Of a DNA stretch of 32,000 bases, positions 1-8,221 are shown in pieces (within the stretch, counting starts at the first letter, position 1; every line of letters begins with the position of its first letter). This DNA is from Xanthomonas campestris pv. campestris str. ATCC 33913 (GTDB lineage: Bacteria; Pseudomonadota; Gammaproteobacteria; Xanthomonadales; Xanthomonadaceae): the NCBI RefSeq assembly GCF_000007145.1, contig NC_003902.1, forward strand, positions 4,616,497 through 4,648,496, in the 5' to 3' direction. The notes under the pieces are model-generated. The model saw only the letters and a list, made by a program, of their open reading frames with translations, made no database searches and was not told the origin of the DNA. Position numbers and translations under genes: made by a program.

Positions 1-1050
1 GTAGATCTGTGCATCGTCCGGCGCGTCGCCCTCATACAGTTCATGCGTGGAGGCGGTCACCCACTGCAGCGCCGGGTCCTGCTGAAAGCTGGCAATGGCA
101 GCGAGCTCTGCCGGCGTGGCCCCACCGACGCGCCAGGATTGCTCCAGCACACCACAGACCGGGCCGGCCTGCGCGTCCTGTCCACTCACCACATCGTAAT
201 TGCGACGCGAGATCTGCAACGCAGGATACGCGGCAGTGATGAATCGATCGTACATGCAGGCCTGCGCGACCACCTGTTTTTCAAGCGGGGGCAACGCGCT
301 GGCGGCAAGCGCTTCGAGCGAGCCGCGGTAGACGCGCAAGCTGGAACCGCCATACACCTCTGCACCATTGCCATCGCGCACGCTGCATTGAGTGCCGTAG
401 TAGGCGATCTGGATGCCGCCGATGCACAGCTCGCCCACGCTATGGGTGTGCGGCTGCACCACGTTGCGCTCCAGCACCGCGCCATGGGTGGCGAGATACG
501 CAGGCGGCAAGGCGTCCAATGCGGCATCCAGCTGCGCGGCATCGTCGATCCGCCACTGGCCGTTGCCACCCACACCGGTGGGAAGTTTCAATCGCACGCC
601 ACCACCTTTACGCAACGCCGCTGCTGCCTGCGTGGCATCTGCACGCGAGAACACCGTGTACCCCGGCAACGTGGCGGGCATCAAGGCCATGGCCAGGGCT
701 TGATTCCAACCGTCCACACGCTGCGCCGCCTCGGTAATCAACGGATGGCCGATGACCTTGGTGGCCAGAAAGGGGTAAGGCACCACGCCGCCCAATACGT
801 CACGCGTGTCCTGGATGCCCAGCGTGCGTGCTTGTGCAATGGTCAGGGTTTCGTCGGGGATATGCAGCGTAGATGGCTGCTCGCGGCCATCCTTCTGAAC
901 GCGCTCATTGCTCTCTGCGTGCACGTTGCGCACGCCCAGCAGACGCGCCACTTCCGCGCACACCCAGGCATGGGTGGCACGCTCGTGACCATCGTGAGGT
1001 ACGTCGCGCAGCGTGTGCCCCAGCACCTGCCGGTAGTGCGTGTGTTGCAT
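1..1050 (-). CDS. DUF3182-like / ATP-grasp-like hypothetical protein; 3' end cut by window edge (350 codons visible)
   Basis: Absent from the supplied ORF track because it runs off the edge. My own reverse translation starts at the ATG at 1050-1048: MQHTHYRQVLGHTLRDVPHDGHERATH...VRLKLPTGVGGNGQW...SRRNYDVV...GVLEQSWRVGGATPAEL...DAQIY. It stays open to position 1 and has strong GC3 bias. The motifs SRRNYDV and LEQSWR match my memory of the DUF3182 family (not searched). Confidence 0.6.
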   Translation of the reverse strand, partial: MQHTHYRQVLGHTLRDVPHDGHERATHAWVCAEVARLLGVRNVHAESNERVQKDGREQPSTLHIPDETLTIAQARTLGIQDTRDVLGGVVPYPFLATKVIGHPLITEAAQRVDGWNQALAMALMPATLPGYTVFSRADATQAAAALRKGGGVRLKLPTGVGGNGQWRIDDAAQLDAALDALPPAYLATHGAVLERNVVQPHTHSVGELCIGGIQIAYYGTQCSVRDGNGAEVYGGSSLRVYRGSLEALAASALPPLEKQVVAQACMYDRFITAAYPALQISRRNYDVVSGQDAQAGPVCGVLEQSWRVGGATPAELAAIASFQQDPALQWVTASTHELYEGDAPDDAQIY

Positions 1051-1131
1051 GGCATTCCCCTCATGGCAGGTTGTCACTGGCGTGATGCACGCATCGCATG
1101 CCATGCCCCGCTGTCTACCGCGCCGTGTCTG

Positions 1132-1314
1132 CTACTTCAGCAGCAGGTAGAACCCGAACACGATCAGCAGGACAACGACCAGGCTGACCAACATGCGCCC
1201 GCCACGTAGCTCCAACAGGGCGTGCCACCAGACGCGTGCTTCGGGGGTGCCGCTTGCGTGATGCGGCTTTGAACTGCGGTTATCGCTGTCCTGCATCCTG
1301 AGTGCTCTCTCCAT
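1132..1314 (-). CDS. Possible small membrane protein (54-60 aa) with C-terminal TM helix
   Basis: The track ORF ends ...RMLVSLVVVLLIVFGFYLLLK, a hydrophobic tail. It lies 81 bp upstream of the DUF3182-like gene on the same strand. The start is ambiguous (ATG 1314 or 1296) and the SD is weak. Confidence 0.3.
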   Translation of the reverse strand: MERALRMQDSDNRSSKPHHASGTPEARVWWHALLELRGGRMLVSLVVVLLIVFGFYLLLK

Positions 1315-1706
1315 CGCTCCAAGCGTCCACCTTAACGATCAGACGTTACACAGGTGTGGAGCGGTTCAGAATCTTCCGTGAAATGACGCAGTGCGCGCGC
1401 CATTTCGCACAATCAATGCAGGCAACCCGACGCTGTTGCTCCACCGCGCGCAGTGCGCAGTTCAGCGATGCGCCGTAACGTGGCTGCAATCGGCACTGAA
1501 ACGCCGCAGTGCCTGGTGGAAGGTGCGGCACATGTGCACGCAAGGTGTTCGCAGGTGAGTTGCGTTGGCACGCTGTGCAGGCGCGGCGCAAAAAGCTGAC
1601 TAATTAAGCAAACCCTGGCAAACGCAGCGCTGAATTGTCGCGTTCGATGATCATTTGTTGACATACCTGCAGTTACTCTGCGCGTCAAGTTTGTTTAACC
1701 CGGAAC

Positions 1707-1997
1707 ATGCAAGTCATGAGCAGAGATCCCTCCGTCATCGATGTACAAGCCGAAATCGCGCATTGGCAGGCGCGGCATGCCCAAGGCAATCTCGGCGCCG
1801 GCAAGTTCAGCGAATTGTCGCCGGTTGTGAAGATGGCCTGCGACATCTATCTGCAGGCACCGCGTTCCAGCGACCAGGAACGTTTGAGGCTGTTTCGCGA
1901 CCGTCTGGAACATCACTTCATTTCGTCGAGCACGCAGTCGAACTACGAACAGTTGGCCACTGACTGCTGGCAGCGTCTGGGCAATCGCACAAGTTGA
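1707..1997 (+). CDS. Hypothetical protein (93-96 aa), no family recognised
   Basis: Only sizeable + ORF here. It follows about 390 bp of non-coding DNA. Local GC is lower (about 47% just upstream, about 58-60% in the ORF) than the window average. The start could be ATG 1707 or 1716. Confidence 0.5.
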   Translation: MQVMSRDPSVIDVQAEIAHWQARHAQGNLGAGKFSELSPVVKMACDIYLQAPRSSDQERLRLFRDRLEHHFISSSTQSNYEQLATDCWQRLGNRTS

Positions 1998-2039
1998 TCG
2001 CAATCGTTGAGCAAGACCTGTAATCCAATGGAGATCGTC

Positions 2040-2306
2040 ATGAAAACCCCGTATCAAGTGCAGCAGGAGCTGGAACGACTGGAGCGGCTGGTGCCGCACA
2101 TCATCAGCGACCAGGGCGACCGCGCGGAGGAGATCCTTGGCTTCCATGTAGCCAGTTTGTTGGGCAGTGCACCGGCAAGCGAACACGCGCTGATCCGTGA
2201 GCGCACCGCGCACATGGCGCGGATGTGCCGGACCGGGCAGGCTGCAGCACGTGCACCTGTACGACCTCTGGGCATGCAACCCGTCGCCCAGCCGCAGTGG
2301 GCCTGA
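2040..2306 (+). CDS. Hypothetical protein (88 aa), no family recognised
   Basis: In frame with track ORF 2007..2306. ATG 2040 is preceded by GGAG (2029-2032) at good spacing. The protein starts MKTPYQVQQELERLERLVPHII. A hairpin terminator follows. Confidence 0.5.
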   Translation: MKTPYQVQQELERLERLVPHIISDQGDRAEEILGFHVASLLGSAPASEHALIRERTAHMARMCRTGQAAARAPVRPLGMQPVAQPQWA

Positions 2307-2319
2307 TCCATGCGACACC

Positions 2320-2347
2320 GGAGCCGCTCAGCGGCTCCTTTGCATTT
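2320..2347 (+). terminator. Rho-independent terminator-like hairpin
   Basis: GGAGCCGC (2320-2327), TCA loop, GCGGCTCC (2331-2338): a perfect 8-bp stem followed by TTTGCATTT. It begins 14 bp after the stop at 2306. Confidence 0.6.
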
Positions 2348-2392
2348 AGAGCAGCTATCAAAACTACTGGGCAGCCGCTCTTATAGGCCCAT
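2341..2392. repeat. Short palindromic element related to the ends of the 24738..24884 element
   Basis: 2347-2378 (TAGAGCAGCTATCAAAACTACTGGGCAGCCGC) matches the reverse complement of 24851-24882 at 30/32. The following GCCGCTCTTAT resembles the other terminus (AGCCGCTCTTAG). Both loci share the flank CCTTTGCA. Confidence 0.55.
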
Positions 2393-2429
2393 CGACGGCC
2401 GCCGCCATTCCCCCGCTTCCAGGACTTTC

Positions 2430-3023
2430 ATGAAACTCACGCTTATTGCTGCTTCGTTGTTGGCCATGCTCTCCCTCAGCGCCTGTGATCGCCCCGGTGG
2501 CGACGCCTCGCGGACCGCGCCGGCCGTTTCGCCCGAACCCACGGCTGCCCCGGTGAGCGGCACTGGCGCAACCGAGTTGGCCAAGGGCGACGGCGGCGCG
2601 CTGGGCGTGCTTGCGGCGATCGACGAGAACGAAATCGCATTGGCCAAGCAGGCCATCGCACAGGATCTGGGCGGCGCCAACGACGAATTCGCCAAGCAGA
2701 TGCTGCACGACCACGAGGCCAATCTGGAAAAGACCAAGGCCCTGGGCGCAACCGATTCGCCGCGCGCCGATGCAATGCGCGCCAAAGGCAAGGCCGCGGT
2801 AGACGCACTGGAAAAGACGCTCACCCTGCCGGACGGCAAGGACGCGTACCGCAACGCCTTCATGCGCACGATGGTCACCGACCACGCCGACACCATCAAG
2901 ATCCTGGATGCGGAGCTGATCCCGGCCGCGGAGACCGACCCGGTCAAGGCGCACCTGGAAGAAACCCGCCGCGTGGTTTCGGCGCATTTCGAGCGGGCGC
3001 ATTCGGTGTCGTCTTCGCGCTGA
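2430..3023 (+). CDS. DUF4142-family lipoprotein
   Basis: ATG 2430 follows AGGAC. The signal peptide carries the lipobox LSLSAC. Duplicated helical pattern: ENEIALAKQAI...HDHEANL and MVTDHADTI. The ORF-track start at 2310 is an upstream extension. Confidence 0.8.
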   Translation: MKLTLIAASLLAMLSLSACDRPGGDASRTAPAVSPEPTAAPVSGTGATELAKGDGGALGVLAAIDENEIALAKQAIAQDLGGANDEFAKQMLHDHEANLEKTKALGATDSPRADAMRAKGKAAVDALEKTLTLPDGKDAYRNAFMRTMVTDHADTIKILDAELIPAAETDPVKAHLEETRRVVSAHFERAHSVSSSR

Positions 3024-3048
3024 CGCGCCAGGCGGTACCTGCATCACG

Positions 3049-3080
3049 ACGCGCCGGCTTGTCCGGCGCGTTTGCGTTTC
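3049..3080 (+). terminator. Rho-independent terminator
   Basis: ACGCGCCGG (3049-3057), loop CTTGT, CCGGCGCGT (3063-3071): a perfect 9-bp stem followed by TTGCGTTTC. It lies 26 bp after the stop at 3023. Confidence 0.65.
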
Positions 3081-3205
3081 AGGCGTGCAGCGTTTCTCGT
3101 GCAGCGCGCAGCCGCAGTCACAAACACGCCCCCGCACGGCTTCACTCCACTCGCGCCCGCCATCGCCTATGGTGCGGCATCGATACGGCGCACTGGAGCC
3201 TGGCA

Positions 3206-4096
3206 ATGCATCTGCTCATCACTGGCGGCACCGGTTTCATCGGCCAGGCACTGTGTCCGGCGCTGCTGGAGGCCGGCCACCAGGTCAGCGTGCTGACCCG
3301 CGACCCGACGCGCGCGGCGCGCACACTCCCCGGCGTGACCACGGTCGCCACGCTCAGCAACAGCTTGCGCGCCGATGCGGTGATCAACCTGGCCGGCGAA
3401 CCGCTGGCCGCCGGGCGCTGGACCGACGCGCGCAAGCAGCGCTTTCGTGCATCGCGGATCGGCACCACCGAGCAGCTACACACCTGGATCGCCCAGCAGC
3501 CGGCCGAACAACGCCCGCACGTGCTGGTGTCCGGCTCGGCGGTGGGCTATTACGGCGAACGCGGCGACGCGGTACTGACCGAGGCCGATGGGCCGGGCGA
3601 TGACTTTTCTGCAGCGCTCTGCCGCGACTGGGAAGCCGCGGCCATGGTGATTGCCGCGCTGGGCCCACGCGTGAGCTGCGTGCGCACCGGCATTGTCCTG
3701 GACCGCGATGGCGGCGCGCTGGCGCGCATGCTGCCGGCATTCCAGCTGGGCGGCGGCGGGCCGTTCGGCAAGGGGCGGCACTGGATGAGCTGGATCCATC
3801 GCGCCGACATGGTGGGCCTGCTGCAATGGCTGCTGGAGCACGGCCAGGCCGGCGCCTACAACGCCACCGCACCGACGCCGGTGACCAACGCAGAATTCGC
3901 GCGCAAGCTGGCAAGCACGCTGCACCGCCCCGCGCTGCTGGCGTTGCCGGCCGGTGTGTTGCGACTGGGCTTTGGCGAAATGGCCGATCTGCTGCTGGTC
4001 AGCCAGCGCGTGCTGCCGCAACGCGCGCTCGATGCGGGCTTTCAGTTCCAGTACGTGCGCCTGGACGCGGCCTTGCGCGCCATCCTGCAGCACTGA
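3206..4096 (+). CDS. yfcH: TIGR01777-type epimerase family protein (SDR fold + DUF1731), YfcH-like
   Basis: MHLLITGGTGFIGQAL Rossmann motif, then VINLAGEPLAAGRW, SGSAVGYYG and WIHRADMV. It is colinear with E. coli YfcH as I recall it. GGAG at 3195-3198 precedes ATG 3206. Confidence 0.85.
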   Translation: MHLLITGGTGFIGQALCPALLEAGHQVSVLTRDPTRAARTLPGVTTVATLSNSLRADAVINLAGEPLAAGRWTDARKQRFRASRIGTTEQLHTWIAQQPAEQRPHVLVSGSAVGYYGERGDAVLTEADGPGDDFSAALCRDWEAAAMVIAALGPRVSCVRTGIVLDRDGGALARMLPAFQLGGGGPFGKGRHWMSWIHRADMVGLLQWLLEHGQAGAYNATAPTPVTNAEFARKLASTLHRPALLALPAGVLRLGFGEMADLLLVSQRVLPQRALDAGFQFQYVRLDAALRAILQH

Positions 4097-4143
4097 GCGC
4101 GCGTACGCGGCCACACGCGGCACCCAGCAGTGGGCGTCGCGCG

Positions 4144-5526
4144 TTACTGCGCAGGGGCCAGCGCGCGCGCCAGGGTCGGCCAGAGCTCGGAGACTGTTGG
4201 GTGGATCGGCACCGCCCATTCCAGGGTGTCGATCGGCTGGTCGGCGTTGATCAGGTCGATGATGCCGTGGATGGCTTCATCGCCGTGCAGACCCAGAATT
4301 GCGGCGCCCAGCACGCGCCGGGTCTGCGCATCGGCGACCAGTTTCATCATGCCGATGGTTTCCCCGTTCTCGCGCGCACGCCCCACCTGCTGCATCGGGC
4401 GCTGCGCCACCAGCAAGGGCCGCCCGCTGGCACGCGCCTGGGTTTCGCTCATGCCCACCCGGCCCAACGGCGGGTCGGTGAACAGCGCATAGGCCGGCAC
4501 CCGCTGGCTGAGCCGGCGCTCGGCACCGTCGAGCAGATTGGCGGCCAGGATCTCGTAATCGTTGTAGGCGGTGTGCGTGAACGCGCCGCGGCCGTTGCAG
4601 TCGCCCATCGCCCACACGCCGGGCACGTTGGTGGCCAGTTGCATGTCGACCTGCACATAGCCTTGCGCATCGGTGGCGATGCCGGCGGCCTCCAGGCCCA
4701 GATCGTCGGTGTTGGGCTGCCGCCCGAGGGCCAGCAGCACGTGGCTGGCCACGATCTGCGGCGCGCCCTGCGCGCACTCCAGTTGCACGGCCGCACCGTC
4801 GGCATGCGCCGCGAAGGCGATGCAGCGCGCGTCGGTGCGCACCGCGATGCCCTCGTCTTGCAACATCTGGGCGATGGCCTCGGAGATGTCGGCATCCTCG
4901 CGCCCGATCAGGTGCGCGTGCTGCTCCACCACCGTGACCTGCGCCCCCAGGCGGCGAAAGATCTGCGCAAATTCCAGGCCGATGTAGCTGCCGCCGATCA
5001 CCACCAGATGCTGCGGCAACGTGCGCAGCTGCAGGATCGAGGTGTTGTTCAACGGACTGATCTGATCAAGCCCGGGCAGCTCCGGGGTGCGTGCGCGTCC
5101 GCCCACGTTGAGGAAGATGCGCGGTGCACCGAGTTCTTGCGCGCCCACGCGCAGCCGATCCGGCGCGACAAAGCGGGCATGGCCACGGATCAGCTGCACA
5201 CCCGGCGTCTGCGCCAGCCACTGCTCCACGCCGGTGCGCGCCGCATCGCTGATCGCGTGCGCACGCGCCATCACCTGCGGCAGGTCGACCTCCACCGGGC
5301 CGGCAATGCGCACGCCATAATCCCCCGCGCGCCGGGCCAGGTGCGCCACGCGCGCGCTCGCCACCAGGGTCTTGGTCGGCATGCAGCCGGTATTGACGCA
5401 GGTGCCGCCCACCAGGTGCCGCTCGATCACCGCCACCCGCTGGCCCCGTTCGGCCAGGCGTACCGCCAGCGACGGGCCGGCCTGGCCCGCGCCCACCACG
5501 ATGGCGTCGTAGCGCGTGGCGGTCAT
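4144..5526 (-). CDS. Class I pyridine nucleotide-disulfide oxidoreductase (FAD; mercuric-reductase/dihydrolipoamide-dehydrogenase-like)
   Basis: Starts MTATRYDAIVVGAGQAGP (FAD GxGxxG). Redox-active GGTCVNTGCMPTK, second Rossmann VVIGGSYIGLEFA, and a C-terminal dimerisation region with HPTVSE. The real start is ATG 5526; the track start at 5727 is an extension. Confidence 0.9.
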   Translation of the reverse strand: MTATRYDAIVVGAGQAGPSLAVRLAERGQRVAVIERHLVGGTCVNTGCMPTKTLVASARVAHLARRAGDYGVRIAGPVEVDLPQVMARAHAISDAARTGVEQWLAQTPGVQLIRGHARFVAPDRLRVGAQELGAPRIFLNVGGRARTPELPGLDQISPLNNTSILQLRTLPQHLVVIGGSYIGLEFAQIFRRLGAQVTVVEQHAHLIGREDADISEAIAQMLQDEGIAVRTDARCIAFAAHADGAAVQLECAQGAPQIVASHVLLALGRQPNTDDLGLEAAGIATDAQGYVQVDMQLATNVPGVWAMGDCNGRGAFTHTAYNDYEILAANLLDGAERRLSQRVPAYALFTDPPLGRVGMSETQARASGRPLLVAQRPMQQVGRARENGETIGMMKLVADAQTRRVLGAAILGLHGDEAIHGIIDLINADQPIDTLEWAVPIHPTVSELWPTLARALAPAQ

Positions 5527-5987
5527 GGCAGCAGCACCAGGGCCACACCGCCCAGCAGCAGCGCGAAGCCGTCTTCGAGCAGCCCGGCGGGACGGTCGCG
5601 CCCCAGCCGCTGTGCCACGGCGGCGCGTGCCGCAGCGCCGCCATAGGTGCCCAGCACCGCACCAATCACACCGGCCGCTGCGCCGAGCATCCACTGCCCG
5701 GCCTGCAGGCCAATCGCCCCGCCGCACAGCGCACCGCTCAGCAGCCGGGTCAGGAACTGCACCGGGACCTTGCGGCTGGGTGTGTTGGGCAATTGGTCGG
5801 TGATCAGCTCACCCAGCGCCAGCAACGAGACGACCCAGGGGGTGTAGCGCCAGCCCAGCCAGCCCAGCGGCGTCCCGGCCAGGTGCACGTGGCCCAGGGC
5901 CGCGGCCCAACTGAGCAGGGCGGGCGCCAGCATCGCGCGCAGCCCGGCCACCACACCCAGCAACCACGCAGCAGGGAGAAGGTCCAT
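5523..5987 (-). CDS. DUF4126-like integral membrane protein
   Basis: 154 aa and very hydrophobic: MDLLPAAWLLGVVAGLRAMLAPALLSW... GAGGAG SD lies upstream of ATG 5987. Its stop overlaps the oxidoreductase start (ATGA at 5523-5526). Confidence 0.7.
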   Translation of the reverse strand: MDLLPAAWLLGVVAGLRAMLAPALLSWAAALGHVHLAGTPLGWLGWRYTPWVVSLLALGELITDQLPNTPSRKVPVQFLTRLLSGALCGGAIGLQAGQWMLGAAAGVIGAVLGTYGGAAARAAVAQRLGRDRPAGLLEDGFALLLGGVALVLLP

Positions 5988-6250
5988 GCAACCACTCCTC
6001 GTGAAATCAGCGGGATGCCGCGTCGGGGCGAGCCAGGCTCGGACACGGCCGCGATCGCCGCGAGTATAGGCAGCCCAGGCGCCCTCCCTTGCGGCTGAGC
6101 CCGTTACTGCGCACGTCGATACCACTGGCCGGGCCGCCCCTGGTCGGCTGCCCGGGTTGCCCGCGGTGGCGATGCACTAATATTTGCCTAACGACCACAA
6201 CCGACAGTGCTGCGGAGATCGGACTGGCCCCAGTGCCCGGCGGACCCACC

Positions 6251-6916
6251 ATGCACCTGCTCCTTGTTGAAGACGACACCATGCTTGCCGACGCCATCTA
6301 CGACGGCGTCCGCCAGCAGTCCTGGACCATCGACCATGTCGGCACCGCCGCTGCGGCCAGGACCGCGCTGGTGGAACACCACTACACCGCGGTGTTGCTG
6401 GACATCGGCCTGCCGGGCGATTCCGGGCTCACGGTGATCCGCTACATGCGTGGCCATTACGATGCTACCCCGGTGATCGCGCTGACAGCGCGCGGCCAGC
6501 TCACCGACCGCATCCGCGGGCTGGATGCCGGCGCAGACGACTACCTGGTCAAGCCGTTCCAGTTCGATGAACTGATGGCACGCGTGCGCGCCATCGCCCG
6601 GCGCAGCCAGGGCCGCGTGGTGCCGTTGCTCACCCAGGGCGAAGTGTCGGTGGACCCGAGCAGCCGCAAGGTCACCCGCAACGGCAAGTGGGTCGCATTG
6701 AGCGCGCACGAATACCGCCTGCTGCTGGCCTTGATGGAGCGCGCCGGGCGCGTGGTCACCAAGGACCAGCTCGAAGAAGGCGTGTATGGCGGCCCGTCCG
6801 AAGGCGGCAGCAACATGATCGCGGTCTACGTGCACCAGCTGCGGCGCAAGCTCGGCGACGAGGTCATCAGCACCATCTATGGCCAGGGCTACATGATCGG
6901 CCAGGCGCCCGAATGA
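6251..6916 (+). CDS. OmpR/PhoB-family response regulator
   Basis: Receiver domain (MHLLLVEDD..., LLDIGLPGDSG, DDYLVKPF) plus a winged-helix output domain (YVHQLRRKLG...IYGQGYMI). Confidence 0.9.
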   Translation: MHLLLVEDDTMLADAIYDGVRQQSWTIDHVGTAAAARTALVEHHYTAVLLDIGLPGDSGLTVIRYMRGHYDATPVIALTARGQLTDRIRGLDAGADDYLVKPFQFDELMARVRAIARRSQGRVVPLLTQGEVSVDPSSRKVTRNGKWVALSAHEYRLLLALMERAGRVVTKDQLEEGVYGGPSEGGSNMIAVYVHQLRRKLGDEVISTIYGQGYMIGQAPE

Positions 6917-8121
6917 GCTCCCTGCAGGCGCGCATGCTGGCGACGCTGGGGGCAATCGTGGTGCTGAGCTGGGCAGCCTCGATCTGGATCATCGTGGCGC
7001 TGATGTTCCATGGCAAGGACAGCGCACTCGAACACGAACTCACCCATTTCGGTGCGCAGCTGCTGGCGGCGCTGCCGGACCCGATCGAACGCCAGATCGC
7101 CACTGTCGATGCAGCGCATCTGCGTGCCAGGCGCAATGCCCGCACCCATGACCAAGCTGCCGCCGATGCCGAATCGCCCCGCGCCGAACTGGAACGCACG
7201 CTCACCGCGATCGTGCTCAATACCAGCCAGCTGGCGATCCTGGGCCTGCTGATGTGGCTGGCGGTGCGCACCTCGCTGCGCCCGCTGCGCGCCATCTCGC
7301 ACGCCATCGCCCAACGCAAGGGCCTGGACATGGAGCCGCTGCCCTTGCAGCAGGTGCCCGATGAAATCCGCCCACTCGTGACATCGTTCAACACGTTGCT
7401 GGCACGCGTGGAAAAGGCCGTGCAAGCCGAACGCGATTTCGTTGCCGACGCCGCACATGAGCTGCGCACACCACTCTCCGCACTGCACGCCTACGCCGAG
7501 GTCGCCCTGCGCGCCACCACGCTGGAAAGCAAGGACGCCGCGCTGCAGCGCCTGCTGGAAACCGCACGCCGCAGTAATCGCCTGGCCGAACAACTGCTGG
7601 ATCTGGCCCGGCTGGATGCCGGCATCAGCTCGGCGGCGTATCACCAGGTGGAAATGGCCGAACTCATCACGCATGTACTGGACGAATTCAGCGTGCAGGC
7701 CGAGGCACGCCATATCAATCTTCAGGTGGAAGCCGCACCGTGCGTGCTGCGCTGCGACGTGGACGCGGTAGGCATCCTGATCCGCAACCTGGTCGACAAC
7801 GCCATCCGCTACGGGCGCCTGCACGGCACGGTGGAAGTGAGTTGCGGGTATTGCCTGCGCGCAGATCAGCTGCATCCGTTTGTGCAGGTCAGCGACGATG
7901 GCCCCGGCGTGCCAGAGGACGCCCGCGCCGCGATTTTCGAGCGGTTTTACCGTGTTTCCGGCAACGCAGTGCAAGGCAGTGGCATCGGGTTGTCGCTGGT
8001 GGCCGGCATTGCACGACTGCACGAGGCGCGCATTGAAACCTACGAAGGCGGCGACGGCCGTGGTCTGTGCGTCCGCGTGCTGTTCCCCGCCGGCACCACC
8101 AGCGGCCCCGCTGCGCGCTGA
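6913..8121 (+). CDS. Sensor histidine kinase (HisKA/HATPase_c, QseC/PmrB-like architecture)
   Basis: ATGA overlap with the regulator. Two TM segments flank a loop of about 70 aa. H-box DAAHELRTPLSAL, N-box LVDNAIRYG, G-boxes DDGPGV and GSGIGLSLV. Confidence 0.9.
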   Translation: MSSLQARMLATLGAIVVLSWAASIWIIVALMFHGKDSALEHELTHFGAQLLAALPDPIERQIATVDAAHLRARRNARTHDQAAADAESPRAELERTLTAIVLNTSQLAILGLLMWLAVRTSLRPLRAISHAIAQRKGLDMEPLPLQQVPDEIRPLVTSFNTLLARVEKAVQAERDFVADAAHELRTPLSALHAYAEVALRATTLESKDAALQRLLETARRSNRLAEQLLDLARLDAGISSAAYHQVEMAELITHVLDEFSVQAEARHINLQVEAAPCVLRCDVDAVGILIRNLVDNAIRYGRLHGTVEVSCGYCLRADQLHPFVQVSDDGPGVPEDARAAIFERFYRVSGNAVQGSGIGLSLVAGIARLHEARIETYEGGDGRGLCVRVLFPAGTTSGPAAR

Positions 8122-8221
8122 ACACGCAAGCACGCACGGCGCCCTCGGCGCGCGCACCAATACCGTCCCAAACAGTGCTGCCTACAGTGCCTGGAACCGC
8201 TCGCATCCAGGATGCACGCCC

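Noticed and set aside
43-1209. 388-aa + strand ORF
   Set aside because: It is antisense to a coherent minus-strand gene. The translation is Arg/Gly/His/Ala-rich with no motifs. This is a typical high-GC shadow ORF.
3826-5646. 606-aa + strand ORF
   Set aside because: It runs antisense across the FAD oxidoreductase and overlaps the yfcH 3' end. The composition is low-complexity and Arg/Ala/Gly-rich, and it has no domain features.
5527-5727. Long N-terminal extensions given by the ORF track (for example 4144..5727, 29830..31050, 21898..23292, 16923..18191, 3059..4096)
   Set aside because: The extensions are Arg/Ala-rich, overlap neighbouring genes or promoters, and precede internal ATGs. Those ATGs have SD sequences and canonical family N-termini, so the internal starts were used.
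6157-6183. TTGCCC-N15-TAATAT as the promoter of the OmpR-type regulator gene
   Set aside because: The 15-bp spacer is short and the -35 matches only 4/6. It cannot be supported without TSS data.
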